A stretch of DNA of 64,000 nucleotides from Anaeromyxobacteraceae bacterium (GCA_047602405.1 JASGHJ010000001.1:1856001-1920000); one strand, 5' to 3'. Counted from the stretch's first letter, positions 36,610 to 50,100 are shown. The notes: generated by a model from the sequence alone, not told the origin. Made by a program: numbers and translations.

Positions 36610-36707
36610 GGACACGGGGCACACGGTCGGCAGGAGCACGGGGCACACGGGTGGCAGGAACACGGGGCACACGGGTGGGCAGGAACACGGGGCACACGGG
36701 GGGGCAG
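36610..36707. repeat. minisatellite, 4 x 24-25 bp
   Basis: Unit GA(A/G)CACGGGGCACACGG(G/T)nGGCAG repeated four times. Confidence 0.9.
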
Positions 36708-36727
36708 GAGCGGACTCGGTCTTTCCC

Positions 36728-36778
36728 CCGTTCGTCCCGAGCGTAGCGGCCACGCAGTGGCCGCGGAGACGAGGGACG
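36728..36778 (-). repeat. palindromic REP-like element (family A), inverted
   Basis: Reverse strand reads CGTCCC TCGTCTCC GCGGCCAC TGC GTGGCCGC TACGCTC GGGACG AACGG. Confidence 0.9.
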
Positions 36779-36787
36779 ACCCCTGGA

Positions 36788-37096
36788 TCACCGCTGGGTT
36801 CTCCGCTCCCACGCGTTTTTCCCGCGCGCGGCCCGCTTCAGCTCCGCCCAGTCGCCGCGGATGAGCGCCTCCTTCTTCCGGCGACTCCACGGCTTCACCC
36901 GCTGCTCGGTCTCCTTGGCCTCATCGCGGGTGGGGCAGTCGCACGCCCAGACGAGCTCGACCGGGCGACGGCGAGAGGTGAAGCCCGGGAAGATGCCCTC
37001 CTGGTGTTCCCAGACGCGCTTCTCGAGCTCGTCGGTGTGGCCCACGTAGAACGACCCATCGGCGCAGCGGAGCATGTACGCGTAGAAGGCAGGCAT
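36788..37096 (-). CDS. stand-alone GIY-YIG nuclease (UPF0213/YhbQ-like)
   Basis: FYAYMLRCADGSFYVGHT, KRVWEH, TRDEAKETEQRVKPWSRRKKEALI. Confidence 0.92.
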   Translation of the reverse strand: MPAFYAYMLRCADGSFYVGHTDELEKRVWEHQEGIFPGFTSRRRPVELVWACDCPTRDEAKETEQRVKPWSRRKKEALIRGDWAELKRAARGKNAWERRTQR

Positions 37097-37128
37097 GGTG
37101 CCCGAGCGCTGCAAGAGTGGATCCGGGG

Positions 37129-37590
37129 CGCCCCTCGTCTCCGCGGCCGCGGTGCGGCCGCTACGCTCGGGGCGAGCGGGAGCTGTCGAGAAGGGCGAGG
37201 ATCACCGGGGCGCCCCTCGTCTCCGCGGCCGCGGTGCGGCCGCTACGCTCGGGGCGAGCGGGAGCGGTTGAGAAGGGCCAGGACCACCGGGACGCCCCTC
37301 GTCTCCGCGGCCGCGGTGCGGCCGCTACGCTCGGGGCGAGCGGGGAGCTGTCGAGAAGCGCCAGGATCACCGGAGCGCCCCTCGTCTCCGCGGCCTCGGT
37401 GCGGCCGCTACGCTCGGGGCGAGCGGGAGCTGTCGAGAAGGGCCAGGATCAACGGGGCGCCCCTCGTCTCCGCGGCCGCGGTGCGGCCGCTACGCTCGGG
37501 GCGAGCGGGGAGCTGTCGAGAAGGGCAGGATCACCGGAGCGCCCCTCGTCTCCGCGGCCGCGGTGCGGCCGCTACGCTCGGGGCTGACGG
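37129..37590 (+). repeat. tandem array of six family A elements, period 82-83 bp
   Basis: CGCCCCTCGTCTCCGCGGCCGCGGTGCGGCCGCTACGCTCGGGGCGAGCGGG at 37129, 37211, 37293, 37376, 37458, 37540 (copy 4 has one substitution, copy 6 a diverged tail), with related 30-31 bp linkers. Confidence 0.95.
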
Positions 37591-37663
37591 TGGGGGAGAC
37601 CGGCTCTGTTGTGGACGTTGGTCCGTGCGGCAGACGCCTGGTCCGCGCGGCGGCCCTCCGATC

Positions 37664-38027
37664 TCAATATTGCGGCACCCGGCCCGCTCCCAGCTCGGAC
37701 AGCCAGGCGGCGAGGGCGCGGCGGTCGTCCTTCGTGCCGGGGAACGGCGGCATGGGGCGCTTGCCCTCCTTGCCGATGGTCTGGAGCTTCCCGACCACGC
37801 CGTAGGCGTGCAGCGGGTCCCAGCCGGCGACGCGCTTCTGGAGGGGGATGTCCGTGTGGCACGAGTGGCAGCGCTCCCGGTAGACCTTCCGGCCGGCGGC
37901 GACGAGCGCGGGCGTCACGACGATGGGCCTCGGGGGGCGGGTCGAGGAGCCCGGCCTGGTCGACTCCGACCGCCGCCACCACGACCGCCACCGCACCTGC
38001 GAGGACCCACCGCACCCAGGAGCTCAT
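37664..38027 (-). CDS. monoheme c-type cytochrome, apparent +1 frameshift at ~37930
   Basis: N-terminal TM; G..VY...CHSCH; MPPF Met ligand; span is 3n+1. Confidence 0.75.
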
Positions 38028-38085
38028 GCCCCTGTCTCTAGCGTTTCTCGCCCGGCCCGGGAAAGGCTATAAACGCCGCACCGAT

Positions 38086-39855
<1,770 letters not shown>

Positions 39856-39874
39856 GTCCCCCGGAGGAGCGCCC

Positions 39875-40954
39875 GTGCGCCTGAAGCTCGAGGTAGGTCC
39901 GGAGGGCGAGATCACCGTGCCGCCGCACGAGGCGGAGGCGCTCGGCCTCGCCGGCGGCGGGCCGGTGGAGCTCGTCTCGGCGCGCGGGGCCTGCACGCTC
40001 ATCGTGCCGGCCCGCGAGGACGCGCCCACGAACTTCTTCGCCGGCACGCTCTCCTCGCTCACCGTGGGCGAGGTCGTGCAGTCGATCTTCACCTCGCTCA
40101 AGTCCGGCGTGCTCCTGCTGGGGTTCCCGGGCGAGGGCGGCCGCCAGCGGCGGCGCAGCCTCTACTTCCGCGACGGGCAGATCGTCTACGCCTCGTCGAG
40201 CGACCCCCGGGACCGGCTCGGCCCCGTGCTCGTGCGGAAGGGGCTCATCACCGACGAGGCGCTGAAGCGGGCCTCCCAGCTGGTGAAGTCCGGCCGGCCG
40301 CTCGGGCAGGTGCTCGTGGACGAGGGCGTGCTCACGCCGGCGCGGCTCTACGAGGGCGTCTCGGCGCAGGTGAAGGAGCTCTTCCTCGCCTCGTTCGAGG
40401 AGGTGGACGGGAAGTTCGCCTTCCTCGAGGGCCAGACCGACGAGGCCTCGAGCGTGAAGCTCCCGGAGCGCATGCGCGACCTCCTGCTCGAGGGCATGCG
40501 CCGCCTCGAGGCGGCCGAGCAGCGCCGGCTCGCCGCCGCGCCACCGCCGGACGAGGAGGAGCTGGTGGTGGAGGTCGAGCCGCCCGCGCCGGTGCACCAC
40601 GGGCCGTTCGAGACCTACCGGCGGATCCTGAAGCACGTGCACGGCGCGCTCGCCTCGCACGCGCCGGACGCGGTCGCCCGCATCAACGGCTGGTTCGAGG
40701 GGCTCCCCGCGACGAAGCGGCCGCTCTTCCAGGGCGTCGTCATGAGCGCGGCGGGCGAGCTCGAGACCACGAAGGTCCTCGAGAACGCGAACGCGACCGG
40801 GACGCACCCGGGCGCCGCCGGACGCGCCCGCGCGCTCGAGGCGCTCGAGGAGCTGCTCTCCTTCGTGCTCTTCGAGGCCAAGAACCGCCTGCCGAAGGCC
40901 GAGGCCGAGCGCCTCGTCCGCGAGGTGGGCCGCATGCAGATGGGGAAGGCGTAG
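39875..40954 (+). CDS. DUF4388 domain protein
   Basis: [30 protein letters not shown]...RLG.VLV. Confidence 0.8.
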   Translation: MRLKLEVGPEGEITVPPHEAEALGLAGGGPVELVSARGACTLIVPAREDAPTNFFAGTLSSLTVGEVVQSIFTSLKSGVLLLGFPGEGGRQRRRSLYFRDGQIVYASSSDPRDRLGPVLVRKGLITDEALKRASQLVKSGRPLGQVLVDEGVLTPARLYEGVSAQVKELFLASFEEVDGKFAFLEGQTDEASSVKLPERMRDLLLEGMRRLEAAEQRRLAAAPPPDEEELVVEVEPPAPVHHGPFETYRRILKHVHGALASHAPDAVARINGWFEGLPATKRPLFQGVVMSAAGELETTKVLENANATGTHPGAAGRARALEALEELLSFVLFEAKNRLPKAEAERLVREVGRMQMGKA

Positions 40955-40979
40955 CGCGCCGAAGGCGCCGAGGGAGCAC

Positions 40980-41666
40980 ATGGAAGCCCGCGAGCGGATC
41001 TGCGCAGCGATCGACACGCCGTCGTGGGCCGAGGGCGAGGCGTTCGCGCGCGCCGTCGCGCCGCACGTCGGCATGCTCAAGGTGGGGCTCGAGCTCTTCA
41101 CGGCCGAGGGCCCCGCCGCGGTGAAGGCGGCCGCGGCGCTCGGGCGGCCGGTGTTCCTGGATCTCAAGCTCCACGACATCCCGAACACCGTCGAGGGCGC
41201 CGCGCGGTCCGCCGCGCGGAGCGGCGCCGCGCTCCTCACCGTGCACGCCGAGGGTGGCGCCGAGATGGTGCGGGCGGCCGTCCGCGGCGCGGGCCCGGGC
41301 GTGCGGATCCTCGCGGTGACGGTGCTCACGAGCCTCGACGGCGCCGCGCTCGAGTCGATCGGCCTCGCCGGCCCGCCGGAGGCGGCGGTGGTCCGCCTCG
41401 CGAGGCTCGCGGTCGGCGCGGGCGCGGGCGGGCTCGTCTGCTCCCCGCACGAGGTCGCGGCGGTGCGCGCCGCGGTCGGGCCCGGGCCGCTGCTCGTGGT
41501 GCCGGGGGTCCGCCCGCCGGGCGCCGACAGGGGCGATCAGGCCCGCGTCGCCACGCCGGCCGAGGCGGTCCGCGCGGGTGCGGACGTGCTCGTGATCGGC
41601 CGCCCGCTCCGCTCGGCGAAGGACCCGGCGCAGGCCGCGCGGGACCTCGCCGCCTCGCTGTCATGA
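40980..41666 (+). CDS. pyrF: orotidine-5'-phosphate decarboxylase
   Basis: [35 protein letters not shown]. Confidence 0.97.
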   Translation: MEARERICAAIDTPSWAEGEAFARAVAPHVGMLKVGLELFTAEGPAAVKAAAALGRPVFLDLKLHDIPNTVEGAARSAARSGAALLTVHAEGGAEMVRAAVRGAGPGVRILAVTVLTSLDGAALESIGLAGPPEAAVVRLARLAVGAGAGGLVCSPHEVAAVRAAVGPGPLLVVPGVRPPGADRGDQARVATPAEAVRAGADVLVIGRPLRSAKDPAQAARDLAASLS

Positions 41667-42298
41667 GGCGCCTCGCGCTGCTCGCCGCCGCGCTCGCGGC
41701 TGGCTGCGTCACCTCACCGCCGCCCCAGCCCGCGCCGCGGCCGGTCCGGAAGGCCTCGACCACCCCGGCCCCGGCCAGGAAGCCCGCCCCGGCGCCCGCG
41801 CCCGCGCCGTCCGGCCCCGGGCCGGTCACCGCGACGAACTGGCGGAGCCACCCGAGCGTCGAGGCCGTGAGCCGCCTCGTGGCCGACGGCGACGCCGCGC
41901 TCGCCGCCCACCGCTGGACGCGGACCCAGAGCCAGATCTGCGCGCCGGAGAAGAGCCCGCGCGGCTACGGCCTCGAGCGCACCGTGGTCCTCGACGAGCG
42001 CGGCAAGATCCGCCGGTACGTCGTCGCCGAGGGCGACGACCACGCCACCTTCAAGGTCGAGCACCACTACGACGAGGCGGGCCGGCTGCGGTACGCGGTC
42101 GGCACCGCGGGCGCCGACACCGGCGCCTCCGAGCGCGCGACGCTGTTCGTGGGCGAGGACGGCGCGACGCTCTGGGTGGATCGCAGCCACAGCGGCCCGC
42201 CGTACGCGTTCCCGGTGGCGTGGCCCGAGGGCTCCCTCGTACGCGATCCGGCGAAGGACTTCGTCGCGCCCGGGCCGAAGGGGTGCAGGGTGAGGTAA
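41663..42298 (+). CDS. hypothetical lipoprotein
   Basis: Lipobox AAGC, Pro-rich linker; ATGA overlap with pyrF. Confidence 0.7.
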   Translation: MRRLALLAAALAAGCVTSPPPQPAPRPVRKASTTPAPARKPAPAPAPAPSGPGPVTATNWRSHPSVEAVSRLVADGDAALAAHRWTRTQSQICAPEKSPRGYGLERTVVLDERGKIRRYVVAEGDDHATFKVEHHYDEAGRLRYAVGTAGADTGASERATLFVGEDGATLWVDRSHSGPPYAFPVAWPEGSLVRDPAKDFVAPGPKGCRVR

Positions 42299-42391
42299 GC
42301 GTTTGCGCGCCCCCTCGCGGGCACTCGCCGGCAGGCGCGAACGTGCATACCTGGGACCCCGCCGAGCCACCGGCCGGCGGGGGGACTCGAC

Positions 42392-45236
42392 GTGAAGGAA
42401 CACCGCGAGCGCGGCGAGCCCGTGGAGGTGGCGGGTCCCGGTCGGGAGGCACTCGAGCTCCTGCGCGTCACGCTCTCGAGCATCGGCGACGGCGTCATCT
42501 CCACCGACGACGAGGGGCGCGTGTCCTACGTGAACCCGGTGGCCGAGGCGCTCACCGGGTTCAGCCAGGCCGACGCCCGCGGGCGCCCGTTCACGGAGGT
42601 CTTCCGGATCGTCAACGAGGAGACGCGACGCCCGGTCCAGGACCCGGTGGCGCGGGTGATCCGGGAGGGCAGGATCCTCGGGCTCGCGAACCACACCCTG
42701 CTGCTGCGGCGGGACGGGTCCGAGACGCCGATCGACGACAGCGCGGCCCCCATCCGCGATCGAGAGGGCCGGGTGCGCGGCGTGGTGGTCGTCTTCCGGA
42801 GCGTGGCCGAGCGCCGGCGCGCCGAGCGCGAGGCCGCGCGGCTGGCCGCCATCGTGGAGTCGTCGCAGGACGCCATCGTGAGCAAGGATCTCGACGGCTT
42901 AGTCCTGACCTGGAACGGAGGCGCGGAGCAGGTCTTCGGCTGGCGGGCGGACGAGATCATCGGGCGGAGCATCACGCTCCTCATCCCGCCCGACCGGCTC
43001 GACGAGGAGCGTCAGATCCTCGAGAGCGTGCGCCGCGGCGAGCGCGTCGAGCACTACGAGACCGTGCGTCGCAGGAAGGACGGGCGGCTCATCCAGGTCT
43101 CGCTCGCGATCTCGCCGATCCGGGACGGCGCGGGCCGCATCGTCGGCGCGTCGAAGGTCGCGCGGGACATCAGCGCGCGCGCGGAGGCCGAGGCCCGGAT
43201 CCGCGAGAGCGAGGCGCAGTTCCGCTCGCTCGCGAACGCGCTGCCCGCCATCGTCTGGACCGCCACGCCCGAGGGCGCCATCACCTTCGCGAACGACGTC
43301 TGGTTCGACTACACGGGCCTCGCGCGGGAGGGCGGCATGAGCGGCTGGGCGGAGCGCGTCCTCCACCCGGACGATCGCGACGCGGCGGTGGCCGCCTGGA
43401 GAGCGTCGCTGCGCGACGGCGCGCCCATCGAGACGGAGCTCCGGAACCGCCGCCACGACGGCGCCTACCGGTGGTTCCTCTCGAGGGGGGTGCCCGTCCG
43501 CGACGCGGCGGGTGGGATCACGCGGTGGGTCGGGTCGATGATCGACATCGACGACCGAAAGCGCCTCGAGGGCCGCGCCCGGTTCCTCGCCGGCGCCAGC
43601 GCCGCGCTCGCCGCCACCGTGGATCGCGAGACGGCCCTCCGGCGGCTCACGCGGCTCGCGGTGCCGACGTTCGCCGACTGGTGCGCGGTCGACCTGCTCG
43701 AGCCGGACGGGAGCATCCGCCGGGTCGAGGTCGCCCACGTCGATCCGGCGAAGGAGGCGTACGCGCGTGAGCTCCACGCGCGGTATCCCGCCCGTAGGAC
43801 CGACGCGCGCGGGGTCGGGCTGGTCCTGCGGGAGAAGCGATCGGACCACGAGGCCTTCATCACGGACGAGCTCCTGGAGCGCGGCGCTCGCGACCCCGAG
43901 CACCTCCGCATCGCCCGCTCCCTCGGCCTCCGCTCGTACGTGAGCGTGCCCCTGCGCCTGCGCGGGCAGGTCCTCGGCGCGATCACCTTCGTCACGGCGG
44001 AGTCCGGCCGGGAGTACGGCCCGGACGACGTGGCGGTCGCGGAGGACCTCGCCGCGCGCGCCGCCGTGGCACTCGAGAACGCCAGCCTCGTCGCCGCGAT
44101 GCGCGACGCCGATCGGCGCAAGGACGAGTTCCTCGCGATGCTCTCCCACGAGCTGCGAAATCCGCTCGCCCCGATCTCCAACGCCGCCGCGCTCCTGCGC
44201 GCCGCGGGGCCGGGCGTTCCGGGGACGGACCGGGCCGTGGAGGTGATCGACCGGCAGGTGCGACACCTGGCACGGCTGGTGGACGACCTGCTCGACGTCT
44301 CCCGGATCACGTGGGGGAAGGTCGAGCTGAGGAGGGAGGTGGTCGAGCTCGGGACCGTGATCCGCGCCGCGGTCGAGGAGAGCCGGGGCACGATCGAGCG
44401 CCGGGGCCACGCGCTCGCGCTCGAGCTGCCAGGGGAGCCCATCGCGCTCGACGCCGACCCGATCCGCCTGGCGCAGGTCCTCTCGAACCTCCTCGTGAAC
44501 GCCGCGAAGTACACCGATCCAGGTGGACACATCCGGCTGTCCGCCGCCCGGGACGGGGACGAGGCGCGCGTGACCGTCCGCGACGACGGGATCGGCATCC
44601 CCGCGGCAGCGCTGCCCCGCATCTTCGAGCTTCTTCTCGCAGGTACCCGGCACGCACGGGCGCTCGGAGCGGGGGCTCGGCCTGGGCCTCACGCTGGTGC
44701 GGCGGCTGGTGGAGCTGCACGGCGGGTCGGTGATCGCGACGAGCCCGGGCCCGGGACGGGGCAGCGAGTTCGTCGTGCGGCTCCCGGTGGCGCGAGCGAG
44801 CGCACCCGCGACGGCGGCGACGGCGGAGGCGCCCCGGGCCCGCACCGGCCGTCAGCGGATCCTCGTCGTCGACGACAACCGCGACGCGGCCGACAGCCTG
44901 GCCGCCCTCCTGGAGCACGGAGGGCACGAGGTCCGGGTGCTCAACTCCGGCGCCGAGGCGGTGGACGCGTGCGCCCGGCTGCGCCCCGACCTCGTCCTGC
45001 TCGACCTCGGGCTGCCTGGGATGGACGGCTACGAGGTGGCGCGGCGCATCCGGGCGCTGGAGCACGGCCGCGGCGTCTTCATCGCGGCGCTCACCGGCTG
45101 GGGGCAGGCCGAGGATCGTCGCCGCACCCGGGAGGCGGGCTTCGACCGGCACCTCACGAAGCCCATCGACGTCGAGGTGCTCTCCGAGGTCCTGCGGTTC
45201 GTGCAAGACGGTGGTCCCGCAGCCCGGGGAGCCTAG
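42392..45236 (+). CDS. hybrid sensor kinase (3x PAS, GAF, HisKA, HATPase, REC), apparent +1 frameshift at ~44631
   Basis: LSHELRNPL, NAAKYT, DDGIG; removing one T restores FELFSQ..GLGLGL and the C-terminal receiver. Confidence 0.88.
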
Positions 45237-45504
45237 GGCGGGCGCAGCCGGGGGCTCCGCAGACCGGGACCGCCTCGCCACGGCACACGCAAACGAGCGT
45301 CGCGTAGCCGTCGCACGCGCACCACTCGCCTTGCTCGTATCCCGTCCGGCGACACTGGATCGCGCAGACGGCGTCCACGTCCTCGACCCGCTTCGAGCCG
45401 GGCGTGAGCTCCGCGACGGGCGCGGCGCGCTCGGGCGCCGGGTCGCCGCAGGCCGCGAGGACGAGCGCGAGGATGAGGCCAGGCAGCGGCCTTGCCCTGC
45501 TCAT
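45154..45504 (-). CDS. small cysteine-rich lipoprotein; true 3' end may be near 45233
   Basis: GGAGG RBS, lipobox LAAC, 8 Cys in the mature part. Confidence 0.55.
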   Translation of the reverse strand: MSRARPLPGLILALVLAACGDPAPERAAPVAELTPGSKRVEDVDAVCAIQCRRTGYEQGEWCACDGYATLVCVCRGEAVPVCGAPGCARPRLPGLRDHRLARTAGPRRAPRRRWAS

Positions 45505-45725
45505 GGGGTCCTCCCTTCATCCAGGGACCTCGCTCGCCTCGATCAGACGAACACCTGGCGGCGGAATCAACACACAGTCCGGGCTGACTCCGGGAGGTGC
45601 GGTGACACCGCGCCCGGGCGCGTCGGCGCAGGGGCCGATGGGACGGACCGTGAACCGTGCCGCGGGTCAGCCGGCCTTCGCGGCCAGCACCTGCACGCGC
45701 CGGGCGCGGGTCTCGGGTCCGGAGG

Positions 45726-45908
45726 CTACTCGTCCTGCCGCGCGACCGCCACCGCGTACCCGCCCGCCTCCTCCTCGCGGGCGAACACGTTCCAGGGGCG
45801 GCAGCAGACCGGGCAGTCCTCGACGTAGCTCTGGCTCTCGCCGCCGCCGGGGTCCACGAAGATCGTCACGAGCTCGCCGCAGTAGGGGCACTCGATCTCG
45901 ATGTCCAT
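45726..45908 (-). CDS. CPXCG-motif cysteine-rich protein
   Basis: [19 protein letters not shown]. Confidence 0.88.
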   Translation of the reverse strand: MDIEIECPYCGELVTIFVDPGGGESQSYVEDCPVCCRPWNVFAREEEAGGYAVAVARQDE

Positions 45909-45932
45909 GCCGCTCGCCGTTATAGTCGGTCC

Positions 45933-46619
45933 GTGGCCGCGAAGCCCTGGAACAACCCGTTCGGCGAGCTGAAGGCGCTCAAGAAGGCGGCGGAGGCCGA
46001 GGCCGAGGCCGCCCGGAAGAAGGCCCGCGAGCCGCCCCCCCCGCCCTCGCCCGTGGAGCCCCCGCCGGAGCGCCCGCGCAGCGAGGCCGAGCTCTGGGCG
46101 GAGGCCACGCTCGGCGCCCGGCCGGTCGAGCGCGGGACCGAGCGCGTCTCGCGCGCCGCGCCCAGCCTGCCGCCCGACAAGTACTGGCACCCGGACCTCG
46201 AGGCCGTGGACGCCCTGCGCGCCCTCGTCTCGGGCGACGCGCCCTTCGACCTCTCCGACACGGACGAGTACGTGGAGGGCTGCGTCGCGGGGCTCGACCA
46301 GGCCGTCGTGAAGAAGCTCCGCCGCGGCGAGTTCGCGGTGCAGGGCCACGTCGACCTGCACGGGCTCACCCGCGGCGAGGCGAAGGCCGCGGTCGACGAC
46401 TTCCTCAGGAAGGCCCGCGGCGCGGGGAAGCGCTGCGTGCTCGTGGTGCACGGGCGCGGGCTGCACTCGAAGGACCAGCTCCCGGTGCTGAAGGACGCGC
46501 TCCGCAGCTGGCTCGCCTCGGCGCGCTTCGCGCGGCACGTGCTCGCATTCGCGACCGCCCGCCCCGCGGACGGCGGGGCGGGGGCGGTCTACGTGCTGCT
46601 GCGGCGGCCGGGGCGCTAG
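45933..46619 (+). CDS. Smr/MutS2 domain protein
   Basis: [33 protein letters not shown]. Confidence 0.92.
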   Translation: MAAKPWNNPFGELKALKKAAEAEAEAARKKAREPPPPPSPVEPPPERPRSEAELWAEATLGARPVERGTERVSRAAPSLPPDKYWHPDLEAVDALRALVSGDAPFDLSDTDEYVEGCVAGLDQAVVKKLRRGEFAVQGHVDLHGLTRGEAKAAVDDFLRKARGAGKRCVLVVHGRGLHSKDQLPVLKDALRSWLASARFARHVLAFATARPADGGAGAVYVLLRRPGR

Positions 46620-47116
46620 CGCAGCTCGACCATCTGCCCGCGGAAGGCGACCGCCGCCGGGTCGTCCCGCACGCTGGTGCTCCCCGGCTCGGCCTGCACG
46701 CGGAGCTCGCCCTCCGCGCCCGGGGGGAGGTGAGGCTGGCCGGGCTGCGCGCGGCTCCACCCTGCGTTGCCCGAAGGAATGGCGTACCCGCGCGTCTCGG
46801 TGCCGGAGCGGGTGCGGATGCGGAACCCGTCGGTGAGGGCGGTCCACGGGAGGGGCGTCGTGCCCCGGTTCACGGCCGATGCCTTCACCACGTTCAGCCA
46901 GGAGCTCTTCCCGAACGCCGTGTGGTGCTCCTCGACCAGCACCTGGTGCACGCGCACCTCGACGTCGCCGCTCCGGAACGTGAACGGCGCGGCGCTCACC
47001 GGGTGTTCGTCGACGTAGACCTTCCAGCCGGGCTTCGCGGCCTTGCCGGAGCCGGATACCGTGCAGCCGGCGGCGAGGAGGCCGGCGAGGGCGAGCAGCG
47101 AGGTGGTCGAACGCAT
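46616..47116 (-). CDS. hypothetical lipoprotein
   Basis: GGAGGAG RBS, lipobox AAGC. Confidence 0.7.
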   Translation of the reverse strand: MRSTTSLLALAGLLAAGCTVSGSGKAAKPGWKVYVDEHPVSAAPFTFRSGDVEVRVHQVLVEEHHTAFGKSSWLNVVKASAVNRGTTPLPWTALTDGFRIRTRSGTETRGYAIPSGNAGWSRAQPGQPHLPPGAEGELRVQAEPGSTSVRDDPAAVAFRGQMVELR

Positions 47117-47186
47117 GCGGTGACTCCTCCAGGTTGCGGCCCGATTGTACCTCCCCCGGGGCGGCCTCCTCGGCGCCCCCGGCAGG

Positions 47187-50100
47187 TCATCGCCCCACCG
47201 CCTCCGGCTCCCGCACCTCCGCGAGCCACGCGTCCACGAAGGCCCGGTCGGCCTCCGGCGCCGCCGCGCGGAGCCGCGCGTGGAGCTCCCGCGCCGTCGC
47301 CCGCCCCCCGGGCCCGCGGTGGGCGGCGGCGAACGCGGCCAGCACGCCGTCGAGGCGGTCGGGGCCGAGCCGCTCGCGCAGCGCCTCGAAGGCGACGAGC
47401 GCCTTCGAGTAGTAGAGGTGCGGGACGTCCCCGGTGATCTCGACGAGCGGCGCCTCCTCCGACCCTCCGCGGCGGCGGAGGTACCGTTCGAGCTCGAACG
47501 CGCGCAGGCTCCGGACCTGCTCCGGGCCGCGCAGCGCCTCGAGCACCCGCGCCTCGGCGTACTTGGTCACGCCCTCGACGAGCAGCGCCGCGCCCGGCCC
47601 CGCGGCGGGCGCGACCTCGTGCCCCCACCACTGGTGCGCCACCTCGTGGGCGACCCGGCGCACCACGAGATCGATGGGCTGCTCGCGCCGCCCGTTCACG
47701 GCGAACACGCGGTGCTCGCCGAGCAGGACCACGCCCGGCATCGCGTAGCCGCCGAAGTCCCAGGTGGACGGCACCTCCACGAGCCGCAGCGCGGCGTGGG
47801 GGTACGGGCCGAAGCGGGCCTGCAGCACCTCGAGCGCGCCGCGGGCGGCCTCGAGGATCGCGGCCCGGTTCCAGGGGTGGCCGGGGTGCGCGTACAGCTC
47901 CACCTCCACCTCGCCGTGGCGCGCGCGCGTCACCTCGTACCGGGCGGAGGTCACCGCCAGGGCCCCGTGCACGGGGCGGTCGGTGCGCCACCGGGACAGT
48001 GCGCGGCCACCCTCCGTCCACGCCTGCTCGAGCCGCCCGGGCGCGACCGCGACCTGGTCGAGGTCGGTGGAGACGGTGAGGTCGAGGTTCACCCACGGCG
48101 AGACCGGAGCCCCGTCGCCGTCGCCGGGGATGGCGCGGGCGCGGCCGCGCTCCGGGAGCCCCGCGGCGCGCCGCTCCCGCGGCTCCACGAGCTCGTACGA
48201 GCCGCGGTAACCCACGCCCGGGAACGCCCGGTGGCCGAACACGAGCGAGCCGTTCGCGACGACGTCGGCGTCCGACGGATCACCGGGCGGGTGCTCGAGG
48301 TCGAAGGCGAGCGCGGTCCGCTCCCCGGGGGCGAGCGGCGGATCGAGCGAGAAGGTGAAGACGCCGTGTCGGGCATCGGCGGCGGGCGGCCCGGCGCGGT
48401 CGAGCGCGAGCGAGACCACCCGGGCCTCGCGGCGCACGGTGACGTGGACGCTCGCGATCGGCCGGGCGCCGTCGTTGACGAGCCGGAGCGTGCCGCGCGA
48501 CCGGTAGCGCCCCGCCCCGGGCTCGAGCTCGAGCCGTGCCTCGATCGTCTCGATCCGCGGCTGGGGCGCGTCGGCGACCGCGCCGTAGGTGCGCTCGTAG
48601 GCGGCCTTCCCGGCGCTGACCTCCGCCCGCGTGCGGTGGCCGCCCTGCGCCGCGAGCCCCGCGTGGAGCCGTACGCCGGCCGCGACGGCGACGAGCGCGA
48701 GCGCCGCGGCCGCGGCGAGGAGCCCGCGGGTCGCGCGGGCCGGCCGGGCGCCCCGCCGGACGAGGAGGCCCGCGCCGGCGAGGAGCAGCCCGAGCACGGC
48801 GGCGCCGTACGCCCCGCGGAGCGCGAGGTCCGGGAGCGTCGCGCCGAAGCCGGCGAGGTCGGACCAGCGGAGGCGGGGGAGACTTCCCGGGCGCAGGAGG
48901 GGGTGCTCCACCCCGAGGAGGTCGGCCCGCAGGAGCAGCGCCGCGAGGGGGAGCGTCAGGAGGAGCCCCACGTGCCGCGCCGGCGCGAGCACGTGGACGG
49001 CCGCGCAGCCGGCCGCGAGGAGCACGAGCTCCGCGGCGCCGCCCGCGGCGAGCGCCAGGGTCACGCCGGGCTGGAAGGCGGGGGCCCGGAAGAGGACCTG
49101 GGTGGCGAGGACGGTCGCGGCGCCGGCGAGCGCCAGCGCCGAGGCGAGCGCCGCGAGCGCCCCGACCTTCGCGAGCAGGATCACCTCGCCGGGGACGGGG
49201 GCCGCGTGGACGATCCCCTCGACACCCACCGTGCGCTCCCGCCAGAAGATCTCGGAGGCCCAGAGCAGCACGGCGACGGTGCCGAGCACGGTGAGCGGCT
49301 CGTCCAGGCGAGGGGCGAGGAGCCCGGCCAGCGGGAGGAAGCCCGACCCGTACTCGCCACGCGTCACGGCCGGCCAGAGCTCCGGCACGAGGTAGACGAG
49401 GAAGCAGCCGACGAGCAGCGGGAACGGGAACCCCCGCAGCGCGAGCCGGGCCTCGAGCGCCGTGGACGAGGCCAGCGAGGCGATCCAGCGCGGGCGCGGC
49501 GGTGAGCCCCGCCGGACGGGCGGCGTCGGGACCGGTCCGGACTCCGGCTCGCGCCGCAGGCGACCGCCGGGTTCGAGGAGGCGGAACGGATGGCGCCACG
49601 CGGTCGCGCCGAGGACCGCCGCCGACACGGCGACCCACAGGAGCCGGTTCGCGAGGAGGGCGCCCGCGAGCGGCGGCAGGCGGCCGTTGCGCTCGGCGAG
49701 CGTGAAGTGCCGCGTCGCCTCGAAGAACGCGGACAGGCCCACCGGGTCGAGGAGCGCGGCGAGCCGATCCGGCCCGGCGCCGGGCGAGGAGGCGGCCATG
49801 ACGGGCGAGGAGGTCAGGGTGGCCGCGACGAAGTAGAGGACGTAGAGCGCCACGCTCGTGACGTGGCAGGCGGCGGCGCTGCGGGTCAGGGCGCCCACCG
49901 CGAAGAGCGCGGCGGCGGCGACGAGCACGCCGGGCAGGGCGAGCACGGCGAGCGCCCAGAGGTAGGGCCCGACGCCAGGCGCCCCGAGGCGGTCCAAGGG
50001 GATCGCGCCGGACAGCGGCGCGGCCACCATGCCCGCCACCCCCGCCGAGAGCACCGCGAGCGCGGCGAGGAGGGCGCCCGCGAAGCGGCTCCCGAGGAAC

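Noticed and set aside
37129..37590. CRISPR array
   Set aside because: Linkers are variants of one sequence rather than unique spacers, the 52-bp repeat occurs dispersed elsewhere in both orientations, and no cas genes are present.
36524..38041. ORFs translated through the repeat array (505 aa, 156 aa)
   Set aside because: Repetitive peptides without coding-like codon bias, antisense to the real nuclease and cytochrome genes.
44625..44640. Programmed ribosomal frameshift in the kinase (and the other five sites)
   Set aside because: No slippery heptamer; all are single duplicated bases in unrelated genes, better explained as sequencing error.
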